From sequence record MT833283.1: DNA of 64,000 nt; one strand, 5' to 3'. The stretch's first letter is position 1. Every line of letters starts with the position of its first letter. This document shows positions 24,390 to 34,262 of the stretch, one piece after another. The notes under the pieces are model-generated. The model did not search any database and was not told the origin of the DNA. It saw only the letters and a list, made by a program, of their open reading frames with translations. Position numbers and translations under genes: made by a program. The DNA comes from Escherichia coli phage vB_EcoS_Ace.

Positions 24390-26957
24390 TTGAAAATTGC
24401 AGTAGTTGATAAAGCTCTAAATAACACTCGTTATGATAAACACTTCCAGCTTTATGGTGAGGAAGTTGATGTATTCCATATGTGTAACGAGAAGTTATCT
24501 GGTCGTTTGCTGAAAAAGCATATTACAATCGGAACTCCAGATAACCCGTTCGATCCGAACGATTACGATTTTGTTGTGCTAGTCGGTGCTGAACCTTTCC
24601 TGTATTTCGCAGGTAAGAAAGGTATCGGTGATTATACTGGTAAACGTGTAGAGCATGGTGGCTATGCCAACTGGATTGCAAGTATTAGTCCAGCTCAGCT
24701 ACACTTTAAACCTGAAATGAAACCAGTTTTCGATGCTACTGTTGAAAGTATTCACGACATTATTAATGGTCGTGAGAAGATTGCAAAAGCTGGTGATTAT
24801 CGTCCTATTACTGATCCAGACGAAGCTGAAGAATACATCAAGATGGTGTATAACATGGTTATCGGACCTATCGCATTCGACTCCGAAACCTCAGCTCTGT
24901 ATGCTCGTGATGGTTATCTTCTTGGTGTTTCTATGTCTCACCAAGAGTATCAGGGTGTCTATATTGACTCTGACAGCATCACCGAAGTAGCTGTACATTA
25001 TCTCCAGAAAATTCTGGATAGCAAGAATCATCAGATCGTTTTTCATAACTTGAAGTTCGATATGCACTTTTATTCCTATCATCTAGGACTTTCCTTTGAG
25101 AAAGCGCATAAAGAGCGTAGACTTCACGATACCATGTTACAACACTATGTTCTCGATGAACGTCGTGGTACTCACGGCTTGAAATCTCTGGCTATGAAGT
25201 ACACTGACATGGGTGACTATGACTTTGAACTGGATAAGTTCAAGGATGATTATTGCAAGGCACATAAGATCAAAAAAGAGGATTTCAGCTATGATCTGAT
25301 TCCTTTTGATATTATGTGGCCATATGCTGCAAAAGATACCGATGCTACTCTGCGTCTGCATAACTTCTTCTTACCAAAAATTGAGAAGAACGAAAAGCTT
25401 TGCAGTCTATACTACGAAGTTCTGATGCCTGGTTGTGTATTCCTGCAACGTGTTGAAGATCGTGGTGTACCGATTTCCGTTGATCGCTTGAAAGAAGCTC
25501 AGTATCAGTTGACACATCGATTAAATATGGCTCGTGAGAAGCTGTATACTTATCCAGAAGTCGTTCAGCTGGAGAAGGATCAGAACGAAGCGTTTAACCC
25601 GAACTCTGTTAAGCAACTCCGTGTTCTTCTGTTTGATTATGTTGGTTTGACTCCAACTGGTAAACTGACGGATACAGGTGCAGATTCTACAAATGCAGAA
25701 GCTCTGAATGAACTGGCTACTCAGCACCCGATTGCTAAAACTCTGCTAGAGATTCGTAAGCTGACTAAGCTGATTTCTACTTATGTTGAGAAGATTCTTC
25801 TGAGCATCGATGCAGATGGTTGCATTCGTACAGGTTTCCACGAACACATGACTACTTCTGGTCGTCTGAGTTCTTCTGGTAAGCTGAACCTGCAACAGTT
25901 ACCACGTGATGAATCTATTATCAAGGGTTGTGTAGTAGCTCCTCCTGGATATCGTGTAATCGCATGGGACTTAACAACTGCGGAAGTTTACTATGCTGCT
26001 GTTCTATCTGGTGACAGAAATATGCAACAAGTATTTATCAACATGAAGAATGAGCCTGATAAATACCCTGACTTCCACTCAAACATCGCACACATGGTAT
26101 TTAAACTGACTTGTGAACCACGTGATGTTAAGAAGCTGTTCCCAGCTCTGCGTCAGGCTGCTAAGGCAATTACCTTCGGTATTCTGTATGGTTCTGGCCC
26201 AGCGAAAGTAGCTCATTCTGTTAACGAAGCTCTTCTGGAACAGGCTGCTAAGACAGGCGAACCGTTTGTTGAATGTACCGTTGCAGATGCGAAGGACTAT
26301 ATCGAAACTTACTTCGGTCAGTTCCCTCAGCTTAAGCGTTGGATTGATAAGTGCCACGATCAGATCAAGAACTTTGGATTCATCTATAGTCACTTTGGTC
26401 GTAAGCGTCGTCTGCACAATATCCACTCCGAAGATCGTGGTGTTCAGGGTGAAGAAATCCGTTCTGGATTTAACGCAATCATTCAGTCTGCATCTTCTGA
26501 TAGCCTGTTGTTAGGTGCTATTGATGCTGATGAAGAAATCCTGTCCCTGGGTCTAGGAAAAGAGATGAAGATTGTCATGTTGGTTCACGACTCCGTGGTT
26601 GCTATTGTACGTGAAGATCTGATTGATCAGTATAACGAGATTCTGATTCGTAACATCCAGAAGGATCGTGGTATTAGTATCCCTGGCTGCCCAATCGGTA
26701 TTGATTCTGATTCTGAGAAAGGTGGTTCTCGTGACTACTCTTGTGGTAAGATGAAGAAACAGCACCCATCAATCGCTTGTATTGATGATGATGAATATAC
26801 TCGTTATGTTAAGGGTGTATTACTCGATGCAGATTTCGAGTATAAGAAGTTAGCTGCAATGGATAAAGAGCATCCAGACCACAGCAAGTACAAGGATGAT
26901 AAGTTTATTGCTGTATGTAAAGATCTGGATAATGTGAAAAGGATTTTAGGTGCTTGA
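24390..26957 (+). CDS. DNA polymerase, family A, with 3'-5' exonuclease domain
   Basis: 855 aa (the length recalled for T5 DNA polymerase); exo motifs (IAFDSET, YAAKD), pol motifs (RQAAKAITFGILYG, LVHDS); TTG start after AAAGGAGAC RBS. Confidence 0.9.
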   Translation: MKIAVVDKALNNTRYDKHFQLYGEEVDVFHMCNEKLSGRLLKKHITIGTPDNPFDPNDYDFVVLVGAEPFLYFAGKKGIGDYTGKRVEHGGYANWIASISPAQLHFKPEMKPVFDATVESIHDIINGREKIAKAGDYRPITDPDEAEEYIKMVYNMVIGPIAFDSETSALYARDGYLLGVSMSHQEYQGVYIDSDSITEVAVHYLQKILDSKNHQIVFHNLKFDMHFYSYHLGLSFEKAHKERRLHDTMLQHYVLDERRGTHGLKSLAMKYTDMGDYDFELDKFKDDYCKAHKIKKEDFSYDLIPFDIMWPYAAKDTDATLRLHNFFLPKIEKNEKLCSLYYEVLMPGCVFLQRVEDRGVPISVDRLKEAQYQLTHRLNMAREKLYTYPEVVQLEKDQNEAFNPNSVKQLRVLLFDYVGLTPTGKLTDTGADSTNAEALNELATQHPIAKTLLEIRKLTKLISTYVEKILLSIDADGCIRTGFHEHMTTSGRLSSSGKLNLQQLPRDESIIKGCVVAPPGYRVIAWDLTTAEVYYAAVLSGDRNMQQVFINMKNEPDKYPDFHSNIAHMVFKLTCEPRDVKKLFPALRQAAKAITFGILYGSGPAKVAHSVNEALLEQAAKTGEPFVECTVADAKDYIETYFGQFPQLKRWIDKCHDQIKNFGFIYSHFGRKRRLHNIHSEDRGVQGEEIRSGFNAIIQSASSDSLLLGAIDADEEILSLGLGKEMKIVMLVHDSVVAIVREDLIDQYNEILIRNIQKDRGISIPGCPIGIDSDSEKGGSRDYSCGKMKKQHPSIACIDDDEYTRYVKGVLLDADFEYKKLAAMDKEHPDHSKYKDDKFIAVCKDLDNVKRILGA

Positions 26958-27447
26958 TTTCAAATTGCCCGTATATGCTTTACGGGCATTTGTATCAATT
27001 GAGCAGGAAGGTGATTATTCCGTAATTACAACAAGATATAATAAATATGTGCTAGATAACAGGGAGTTGCCTGGCACATTCTCTCAACGTAGGTTAGCCT
27101 TATTTGAGAAGCGGAAAGAATTACCTTATAAGCTCTATCCTATTCGTGGTAGAATATCAATGTTGTCCCAATTAGTTGGGTCAAAGCGTAGCCAGTTCAT
27201 AGATTCTGATGGAAATCTCATTAACTGGAAGAAAACTACGTTCTACGATGTTATCACGTCTAAAGTTCTGCATTCTGCAAGAATTTATAATGGAAAGTAT
27301 CAATGCTATGTGGCTAAAGTCCCATATCCATTCGTGCTATCCTATGTTCCAGCTTATATAAGCTATATTCTGGTAAATAATAGCCCTGTTATTTATCAAG
27401 TCCATCAAGAGGAGCCTGAAATTCCTAGACTTAGAATAAAATTATGA
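26950..27447 (+). CDS. Hypothetical protein (165 aa)
   Basis: ORF between the polymerase and helicase genes, overlapping both. Confidence 0.4.
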   Translation: MLDFKLPVYALRAFVSIEQEGDYSVITTRYNKYVLDNRELPGTFSQRRLALFEKRKELPYKLYPIRGRISMLSQLVGSKRSQFIDSDGNLINWKKTTFYDVITSKVLHSARIYNGKYQCYVAKVPYPFVLSYVPAYISYILVNNSPVIYQVHQEEPEIPRLRIKL

Positions 27448-28796
27448 AGGTTGTTATATCTAATAAAGCCTATTTCAAGCCCGATGATGAACTCTGGGAT
27501 TATTGTAGTAAACAAACCACTTACCACATCGAGACAATGACTAGTAAATACCCTATTATGTATAAGAATAGTGGTGTTGTTGCTAAAGAGATTAAGTGGA
27601 TTCCCATTACGCGTCTGGATTTGCTAGATGCTAAGGGAGTAAAATACGAATTAGTTGATAAACGCACGTTAGCTCCGGTAAAAATACCAGAACCTCAGTT
27701 CAAGCTGCGTGAAGAAGATCAACTCCCTATATATGAAGAGTGTGATGATACTTGTATTATCAATGGTAAGCCCGGATTTGGTAAAACTATCCTAGCTTTA
27801 GCTCTTGCATATAAGTTTGGCCAGAAAACTCTGGTAATCTGCACCAACACATCCATACGGGAAATGTGGGCTGCAGAAGTTCGTAAATGGTTTGGATTCG
27901 AGCCTGGTATTATAGGTTCTGGAAAGTATAATATTGATCCACCAATCGTGGTCAGTAATATACAAACCGTGAATAAACATGCGAATAATCTTTCTAAGGT
28001 GTTCGGTACTGTTATAGTTGATGAAGTTCACCACTGTGTGGCTACAACTTTCACTAATTTCTTAGAGATCTCGTGTGCTCGCTACAAGATTGGTTTATCG
28101 GGTACGTTAAAACGTAAAGATGGCCTACAAGTTATGTTCAAAGATTTCTTTGGATATAAGATCTTTAGTCCGCCTGTCAATAACACTGTTCCACCCACAA
28201 TCCATAGGTACTCCGTGCCTGTTGAGTTATCAGGAAACCAGAACGTACCGTGGGCATTACGTGCTAACGATGTGTATAACCATCCTGAATATCGAGAGAC
28301 TATTATAAATCTAGCTCATTTATATGTGTCTATGGGGCATAAGGTTCTCTTTGTAAGTGATAGAACAGAACTAATTCAAACAATACTAGAAGCTCTCGCA
28401 CAACGTGGTGTTACAACCTATGAGATTATAGGTGCAACTCCTTTGGATGATCGATTGAGAATCCAGAAAGATGTAGCGGAGGGCGGACCTTGTGTACTTG
28501 CAGCAGCTCAGAGTATCTTCTCAGAAGGTATTTCTCTTAACGAGCTATCTTGTTTAATAATGGGGAGTCTCATTAATAATGAATCTCTCATAGAACAGTT
28601 AGCAGGCCGCGTTCAACGTATTGTTGACGGAAAGCTAGATCCGATTGTTGTAGATTTAATTATGAAAGGAGGTACTGGTTTAAGACAGGCTTCTGGACGT
28701 ATGGCCGTGTATCGCAATAATGCGTGGAAAACTATTACTATGACTCCGGAGAAAGCAGTACAATTAGCTAAAATTGCATTTGGCAACTGCTCATAA
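27444..28796 (+). CDS. SF2 DNA helicase (T5 D10-like)
   Basis: 450 aa; Walker A GKPGFGKT, DEVH box (VIVDEVHH), later helicase motifs. Confidence 0.75.
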   Translation: MKVVISNKAYFKPDDELWDYCSKQTTYHIETMTSKYPIMYKNSGVVAKEIKWIPITRLDLLDAKGVKYELVDKRTLAPVKIPEPQFKLREEDQLPIYEECDDTCIINGKPGFGKTILALALAYKFGQKTLVICTNTSIREMWAAEVRKWFGFEPGIIGSGKYNIDPPIVVSNIQTVNKHANNLSKVFGTVIVDEVHHCVATTFTNFLEISCARYKIGLSGTLKRKDGLQVMFKDFFGYKIFSPPVNNTVPPTIHRYSVPVELSGNQNVPWALRANDVYNHPEYRETIINLAHLYVSMGHKVLFVSDRTELIQTILEALAQRGVTTYEIIGATPLDDRLRIQKDVAEGGPCVLAAAQSIFSEGISLNELSCLIMGSLINNESLIEQLAGRVQRIVDGKLDPIVVDLIMKGGTGLRQASGRMAVYRNNAWKTITMTPEKAVQLAKIAFGNCS

Positions 28797-28808
28797 TTAT
28801 TGTATAAT
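28780..28808 (+). promoter_or_regulatory. Early promoter (TTGGCA-N17-TATAAT) with ATAAATTTGAGAGAGAAAG leader
   Basis: Read directly; followed by a short hairpin and no long ORF before the next promoter. Confidence 0.45.
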
Positions 28809-28879
28809 ATACACATAAATTTGAGAGAGAAAGTTTCGGATTGATAAGAAAGTCCGAAGCAGAAAAATAAAAATTGTAC

Positions 28880-28909
28880 TTGTCAAATCCTCCCGATTTA
28901 ATGTATAAT
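28880..28909 (+). promoter_or_regulatory. Early promoter (TTGTCA..TATAAT) with ATAAATTGATGAGAGAC leader
   Basis: Read directly; precedes the ATG at 28937. Confidence 0.5.
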
Positions 28910-28936
28910 ATATACATAAATTGATGAGAGACAAAA

Positions 28937-29299
28937 ATGAAATTCTTTGATTACGAGAGAATTTACCTCTTAGCTAGAGGAAACTCCGACCTGATTGTCA
29001 AGCTATTTAATAGAATGCTTGCAGAGCCTGATGCTCACCAGTTACTGGTCGGTTCTTCATTCATCTTGAATGAATCAACTATTGTTGATAACCCTTACAA
29101 ATTGTCTAATAGACAACTGGCAGAATATCTAGGAATTCTAAGTCTACGAAATTATGCCGAATATAAGTTTACAAACGATCCGAGTTTGGACATGCAATAT
29201 GTCCCCATATGGATACCACGTTCTGTAATCGACACTAACCCACTAATTGCAATCAATAAATCGAAGATAATCTTTAAAGAGGAAATAAAATATGGCTAA
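28937..29299 (+). CDS. Hypothetical protein (120 aa)
   Basis: ORF immediately after the tandem promoters. Confidence 0.45.
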   Translation: MKFFDYERIYLLARGNSDLIVKLFNRMLAEPDAHQLLVGSSFILNESTIVDNPYKLSNRQLAEYLGILSLRNYAEYKFTNDPSLDMQYVPIWIPRSVIDTNPLIAINKSKIIFKEEIKYG

Positions 29300-30065
29300 G
29301 TCTTGGGGCGAAACTACTGGCGGTTCTAACGATAAAATCGACTTCCTGAAATTCAACAACGGTGTAACTCGTGTTCGTATCGTTTCTGGTGTTCTTCCAC
29401 GTTATGTCTACTGGCTGACTAACAAAGATGGTAATGCAGCTCCGTTTGAGTGCCTGCGTTTCAACCGTACTAAAGAGAGCTTCGTTCGCGGTAAAGCTGA
29501 CCCGATTCACGAAATGGGCTTCTTCGAGAAAGAGCTGGACAAAGATGGTAATCGTGTTCCGCTGAAACCGAAGAAAAACTACATCGCTTTCGTTATCGAC
29601 CGTTCTGATAACAAACTGAAAGTTATGGAAGTTAAAGCTACGATCCTGAAAGGCATCCAGTCTATCATGAAGCAGCTGAAACTGTCCGACCCGTTCGATA
29701 TCGATATTTCTATCGAGAAGAAAGGTAAAGGCTTCGATACTGAGTACGATGTACAGCAGATCGCAGCAATGCAGTTCCAGATGGCTCTGAAAGATCCTAC
29801 TAGCGCAGAAGCTAAACTGCACGCCGCAGATGCCGATATCCTCGGTGAAGCTATGTGTGATGATACTGGTGAGTTCATCAAGTTTGAAAAAGTTCCTTCT
29901 CTGGAAGAAACCTACCCGGTTCCGTCCTACGAAGAGCAGAAAGAAGCTATTCTCGCCTTCATGGAAGGTCGTGAGAAGCAAGACGGCGGTGACGCTAAGT
30001 CTGGTGGTGATGCTGGTTCTCAGAAAGGCATCGACGCTGAAGCTGCTAGCGATCTGGACGACTAA
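29292..30065 (+). CDS. Putative ssDNA-binding protein (abundant, acidic C-terminal tail)
   Basis: 257 aa; host-like codon usage; RVRIVSGVLP..APFECL core and acidic tail ending DAEAASDLDD, reminiscent of gp32-type SSBs; by-eye only. Confidence 0.4.
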   Translation: MAKSWGETTGGSNDKIDFLKFNNGVTRVRIVSGVLPRYVYWLTNKDGNAAPFECLRFNRTKESFVRGKADPIHEMGFFEKELDKDGNRVPLKPKKNYIAFVIDRSDNKLKVMEVKATILKGIQSIMKQLKLSDPFDIDISIEKKGKGFDTEYDVQQIAAMQFQMALKDPTSAEAKLHAADADILGEAMCDDTGEFIKFEKVPSLEETYPVPSYEEQKEAILAFMEGREKQDGGDAKSGGDAGSQKGIDAEAASDLDD

Positions 30066-30075
30066 TAAACCAAGT

Positions 30076-30099
30076 GGAGCTACGGCTCCCTTTCTTTTT
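30076..30099 (+). terminator. Rho-independent terminator
   Basis: GGAGC-TACG-GCTCC hairpin followed by CTTTCTTTTT. Confidence 0.6.
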
Positions 30100-30104
30100 A
30101 ACTT

Positions 30105-31082
30105 ATGAGAATACTATTTAGTGCTGATCATCATATCAAATTAGGACAAGATAAAGTTCCAAAGGAATGGCAGAAGCGTCGCTTCCTGATGCTAGGAGAA
30201 CGGTTAAATGACATATTCCATAATCATAACTGTGATCTGCATATTGCTGGTGGTGATATTCTTGATGTTGCCGACCCATCGTCGGAAGAAATAGAACTTC
30301 TTGAACAGTTCATGTCAAGACTTGACCATTCAGGCAAGATCTTCACTGGGAACCATGAAATGTTAACTAAAACTATTTCATGTCTGTATCATTATGCAGG
30401 AGTTATTAATAAAGTAACAAACGGAAATTGGGAAGTCATTACTAAACCATATCGTTCTCCTGAATTTGATATTATCCCTTATGATGAAATCCACAAACCA
30501 AAGTGGAAACCATCTGAGTCAAAACTATGTTTCACGCATGTTCGTGGTGAAATCCCTCCACATGTAAAACCAGAGATTGATCTAACGAGGTATAACTGTT
30601 ATGACACTGTAATTGCTGGCGATTTACATTCTTATACTAATAGTCAAACTGTTGGTTCTACTAGACTTCTTTATCCAGGATCTCCATTAACTACATCGTT
30701 CCATAGAGAACGAACAAAAGGTACAAATGGTTGTTTTATCATTGATACCGACACATTAAAAGTAGAATGGATTGAACTTGGTGACTTACCACAACTGATT
30801 CGTAAAACAATCGGAGTTGGTGAGGAAATGGAGCCTAGTGACTATGACCGTGTAATTTATGAAGTCACTGGTGACGTCGTTCAGTTAAAGTCTATTAAAG
30901 ATTCTGATCTCTTAGATAAAAAGATTAACCATCGAGTTACTAAAGATGCTAAGTTAAATCTTGTTGATCTTGATATGTTAGGCGAGCTTGAGCTTTACTT
31001 CCGTGAAGTTGAAAAGCTGCCTCAAGACGACATTGATAGAATCTTGGCTAGAGCTGCTAAATATGTCAAAGATTATAATTAA
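30105..31082 (+). CDS. SbcD/Mre11-like nuclease (calcineurin-like phosphoesterase)
   Basis: 325 aa; DHH near the N-terminus, GGDILD, GNHE and later His motifs. Confidence 0.75.
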   Translation: MRILFSADHHIKLGQDKVPKEWQKRRFLMLGERLNDIFHNHNCDLHIAGGDILDVADPSSEEIELLEQFMSRLDHSGKIFTGNHEMLTKTISCLYHYAGVINKVTNGNWEVITKPYRSPEFDIIPYDEIHKPKWKPSESKLCFTHVRGEIPPHVKPEIDLTRYNCYDTVIAGDLHSYTNSQTVGSTRLLYPGSPLTTSFHRERTKGTNGCFIIDTDTLKVEWIELGDLPQLIRKTIGVGEEMEPSDYDRVIYEVTGDVVQLKSIKDSDLLDKKINHRVTKDAKLNLVDLDMLGELELYFREVEKLPQDDIDRILARAAKYVKDYN

Positions 31083-32901
31083 GACACTAAAATTCAGCAA
31101 CGTTATGTCTTACGGTAAGGATATCGTAATTCATTTCGATAAGAATCCAGTTACTCAGTTAATCGGAGGAAACGGTCTAGGGAAGTCCACTATTGCTACT
31201 GTTATTGAGGAATTGTTTTATAACAAGAACTCACGTGGTATCAAGAAGGACGCCCTATTCTCTTGGGGTTCTCCGAAGAAAGAGTATGATATGCATGCTT
31301 ACTTCTCGAAAGATGAAGATGAGTATGAATTGCATAAAGTAGTTAAATCAACTGCTAAGGTTACACTGATTAAGAATGGAGAAGATATCAGTGGACACAC
31401 AGCAACTCAAACGTACAAGATGATTGAAGAGATTATGGGTGGTGACTTCCAAACATTCACTAAACTAATCTATCAATCTGTTGGTTCCAATCTAGACTTC
31501 CTCAAAGCAACTGATGCAACACGTAAAGCTTTTCTTGTTAATCTGTTCAATCAGGAACAGTATAAAGAGATGTCAGAAACTATTAAGGCTGATCGTAAAG
31601 AAGTGGCAAGTACGTTAAGTAACTTGCAAGGCCAGATGGCCGTAATTACGAAGATCCTCAATGGAAAAGGTAATCTCGGAAGTTTACAGGAGCCAGTTGA
31701 AGTTCCAGAATTTGATGAAGAACCGTTAGCACAAGAACTTACTGAATCGAAAATTAAGGCGGCATTAGCCAAGTCACAAGAGGCTAATATTACTAAACTC
31801 CGTAATTTGGACAAAGCTGTACAAGTTGCCGAACAATCTTTCGAGCCTTTCAAAAATTTCCCTGCGCCCACTGACCAATCTGAAGAGATCTCAAGTGTTA
31901 CGCGTGACTTAACGATTGTTACCTCACGTGCGGGAGAAGTCAAGAAACGTTATCAGAAGTTTAAGCAAGAGGCTTCAAATACTGAATGTCCTACTTGTGG
32001 CACTCACCTTGATACAACTGCTGCTCAAAAAGCAATGGATATGGCTAGAACAGAATATGATCCTCTGTTTAAAGAGAAACAATCTCTTGAAGCTACATTG
32101 GAGCAGTTGAAGAAAGAACAAGTCGAGTACACTGCGTATACTAGAGCTAAGGATGCTTTGGATAAGGCAATAGCAGCTAGGGGCGAGTTCAAAAATTCAA
32201 TGAGTGATGCTTCTTTTGAAGAACTCAATGTGCAAATCCTACAGGTGCAAATCCGACAATTAGAACAGGAAATCGCAGATGGACGTTCTAAAGTTGCAAT
32301 TGCCAAAGAGCATAATGCAAATGTCGAGTTAGCCAATGCAAAGTATAAAGTGAAACTAGAACAGATTGAGAAAGCTGAGGCAGAAATGTCTGAGATAACG
32401 TCCAAACTGGATGGAGTATCAGAAGCTGTCGCTGATCTTGATATTCTGATAGCTGCATTGAAAAATCTGGTAGGATATAAACTAGAGCATAGTGTGAAAG
32501 TATTTGAGGAATTGATTAATAAATATCTTTCTATTATGACTGGTGGTAAGTTCGCACTTGGATTTGAGCTTGATGAAACTAAATTACAAGTAGTAATCTT
32601 CAATGATGGAAACCGTACCAGTATGGAGAACTGCTCTACTGGTCAGCAGAGTAGAATTAACCTAGCAACTCTGTTGGCAATTCGAATGCTGTTAACATCT
32701 ATCAGCAAAGTTAATATTAATCTTCTATTCCTTGACGAAGTTATTAGCTTTATTGATACGAAAGGACTTGATACTCTTGTTGAACTATTAAATGAGGAAG
32801 ATAGTCTGAACTCTATCATTGTTTCTCATGGGCATACGCATCCATTAGCCCATAAGATTACTGTCAAAAAAGATGCAGAAGGATTTTCCTACTTAGAATA
32901 A
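31063..32901 (+). CDS. SbcC/Rad50-like ATPase
   Basis: N-terminal Walker A GGNGLGKST, long coiled-coil middle with CPTCG zinc hook, C-terminal signature and D-loop (LLFLDEV); start set at the ATG at 31063. Confidence 0.75.
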   Translation: MSKIIIKTLKFSNVMSYGKDIVIHFDKNPVTQLIGGNGLGKSTIATVIEELFYNKNSRGIKKDALFSWGSPKKEYDMHAYFSKDEDEYELHKVVKSTAKVTLIKNGEDISGHTATQTYKMIEEIMGGDFQTFTKLIYQSVGSNLDFLKATDATRKAFLVNLFNQEQYKEMSETIKADRKEVASTLSNLQGQMAVITKILNGKGNLGSLQEPVEVPEFDEEPLAQELTESKIKAALAKSQEANITKLRNLDKAVQVAEQSFEPFKNFPAPTDQSEEISSVTRDLTIVTSRAGEVKKRYQKFKQEASNTECPTCGTHLDTTAAQKAMDMARTEYDPLFKEKQSLEATLEQLKKEQVEYTAYTRAKDALDKAIAARGEFKNSMSDASFEELNVQILQVQIRQLEQEIADGRSKVAIAKEHNANVELANAKYKVKLEQIEKAEAEMSEITSKLDGVSEAVADLDILIAALKNLVGYKLEHSVKVFEELINKYLSIMTGGKFALGFELDETKLQVVIFNDGNRTSMENCSTGQQSRINLATLLAIRMLLTSISKVNINLLFLDEVISFIDTKGLDTLVELLNEEDSLNSIIVSHGHTHPLAHKITVKKDAEGFSYLE

Positions 32902-32904
32902 AAC

Positions 32905-33387
32905 ATGGCCGTAGATAGTAGAGAGAAAGGTAAACGTGGTGAATATCAGGTAAGAGATATACTGCGTGAACGTACAGGTCTTGAGTGGGAACGTGTTCCA
33001 GGCTCTGGTGCTTTTGGCCAGAGCCATGGACTGAAGGGTGACATCTACCTTCCACCACAAAGCGGACACATTAGTAAATACTGCTTCGAAGTTAAGTGGT
33101 ATAAAGATGATAACATATCAAGTAATTTATTTAACGTTGGTGAATCCACTCTAGAGAAGTGGTGGCAGCAGTGTTCCCGTGAAGGTGAACAGATGAACTC
33201 CAAACCAGCCTTAATATTCAAGAAAGACAGAGGACAGTGGTTAATTGCTTTGGATAGCTCAGACCCGATGGTTGACAACTTAATGAGTCGCACCCATATG
33301 GTGTTAAATAAGAAAGACATGGAAATCGTAATCGGGTTATTCGAACCGTGGTTACATCACGCATCTGTTGAGGACTTAATTAAATAA
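32905..33387 (+). CDS. Putative Holliday-junction resolvase, Hjc-like PD-(D/E)XK nuclease
   Basis: 160 aa; GKRGEYQVRDILRERTG..VPGSGA..GDIY..FEVK reproduces the archaeal Hjc layout (Glu, GSG, Asp, E-x-K). Confidence 0.55.
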   Translation: MAVDSREKGKRGEYQVRDILRERTGLEWERVPGSGAFGQSHGLKGDIYLPPQSGHISKYCFEVKWYKDDNISSNLFNVGESTLEKWWQQCSREGEQMNSKPALIFKKDRGQWLIALDSSDPMVDNLMSRTHMVLNKKDMEIVIGLFEPWLHHASVEDLIK

Positions 33388-34262
33388 TGAGTAAATCCTG
33401 GGGAAAATTTATTGAAGAGGAAGAAGCTGAGCTGGCTTCTCGTCGCAACCTAATGATTGTTGATGGAACTAACTTGGGCTTCCGCTTCAAACATAATAAT
33501 AGTAAGAAACCATTCGCATCAAGTTATGTTTCTACAATTCAATCTCTCGCAAAATCCTATTCAGCTAGAACCACAATCGTTCTCGGTGATAAAGGAAAGT
33601 CTGTATTCCGTTTAGAGCATCTTCCTGATTACAAAGGGAACCGTGATGAAAAGTATGCTCAACGTACAGAAGAAGAGAAAGCACTAGATGAACAGTTCTT
33701 CGAGTATCTTCGTGATGCTTTCGAGTTGTGTGAAACCACATTCCCAACTTTCACTATTCGTGGTGTAGAAGCAGACGATATGGCAGCTTATATTGTTAAG
33801 CTCATTGGTCATTTATATGATCACGTTTGGCTGATCTCTACTGATGGTGACTGGGATACTCTATTAACTGATCGAGTTTCTCGCTTCTCCTTCACCACAC
33901 GTCGTGAGTACCATCTTCGTGATATGTATGAACACCATAACGTTGATGATGTTGACCAATTTATCTCTCTGAAAGCAATTATGGGAGATCTCGGTGATAA
34001 CATCCGTGGTGTTGAGGGCATTGGTGCAAAACGTGGTTATAACATTATCCGTGAATTTGGTAATGTTCTGGATATTATTGATCAACTCCCTCTGCCTGGA
34101 AAACAGAAGTATATACAGAATCTGAACGCATCGGAGGAGTTGCTTTTCCGAAACTTGATTCTGGTTGATTTGCCGACCTATTGTGTAGATGCTATTGCTG
34201 CTGTGGGTCAAGACGTATTAGATAAGTTTACGAAAGATATTTTGGAGATCGCAGGACAATGA
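33387..34262 (+). CDS. Flap endonuclease / 5'-3' exonuclease (T5 D15-like)
   Basis: 291 aa (the length recalled for T5 D15); N-terminal LMIVDGTNLGFR, acidic metal-site clusters, HhH-like C-terminal part. Confidence 0.85.
   Translation: MSKSWGKFIEEEEAELASRRNLMIVDGTNLGFRFKHNNSKKPFASSYVSTIQSLAKSYSARTTIVLGDKGKSVFRLEHLPDYKGNRDEKYAQRTEEEKALDEQFFEYLRDAFELCETTFPTFTIRGVEADDMAAYIVKLIGHLYDHVWLISTDGDWDTLLTDRVSRFSFTTRREYHLRDMYEHHNVDDVDQFISLKAIMGDLGDNIRGVEGIGAKRGYNIIREFGNVLDIIDQLPLPGKQKYIQNLNASEELLFRNLILVDLPTYCVDAIAAVGQDVLDKFTKDILEIAGQ

Noticed and set aside
29274-29981. 235-aa minus-strand ORF antisense to the putative SSB gene
   Set aside because: The plus-strand gene has strong host-like codon bias, its own RBS and terminator; the antisense ORF is an open-frame artefact
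32025-32603. 192-aa minus-strand ORF (plus 31551-31943) inside the SbcC-like gene
   Set aside because: Antisense to a gene with Walker A, zinc hook and coiled-coil features; Ser/Cys-rich low-complexity translation
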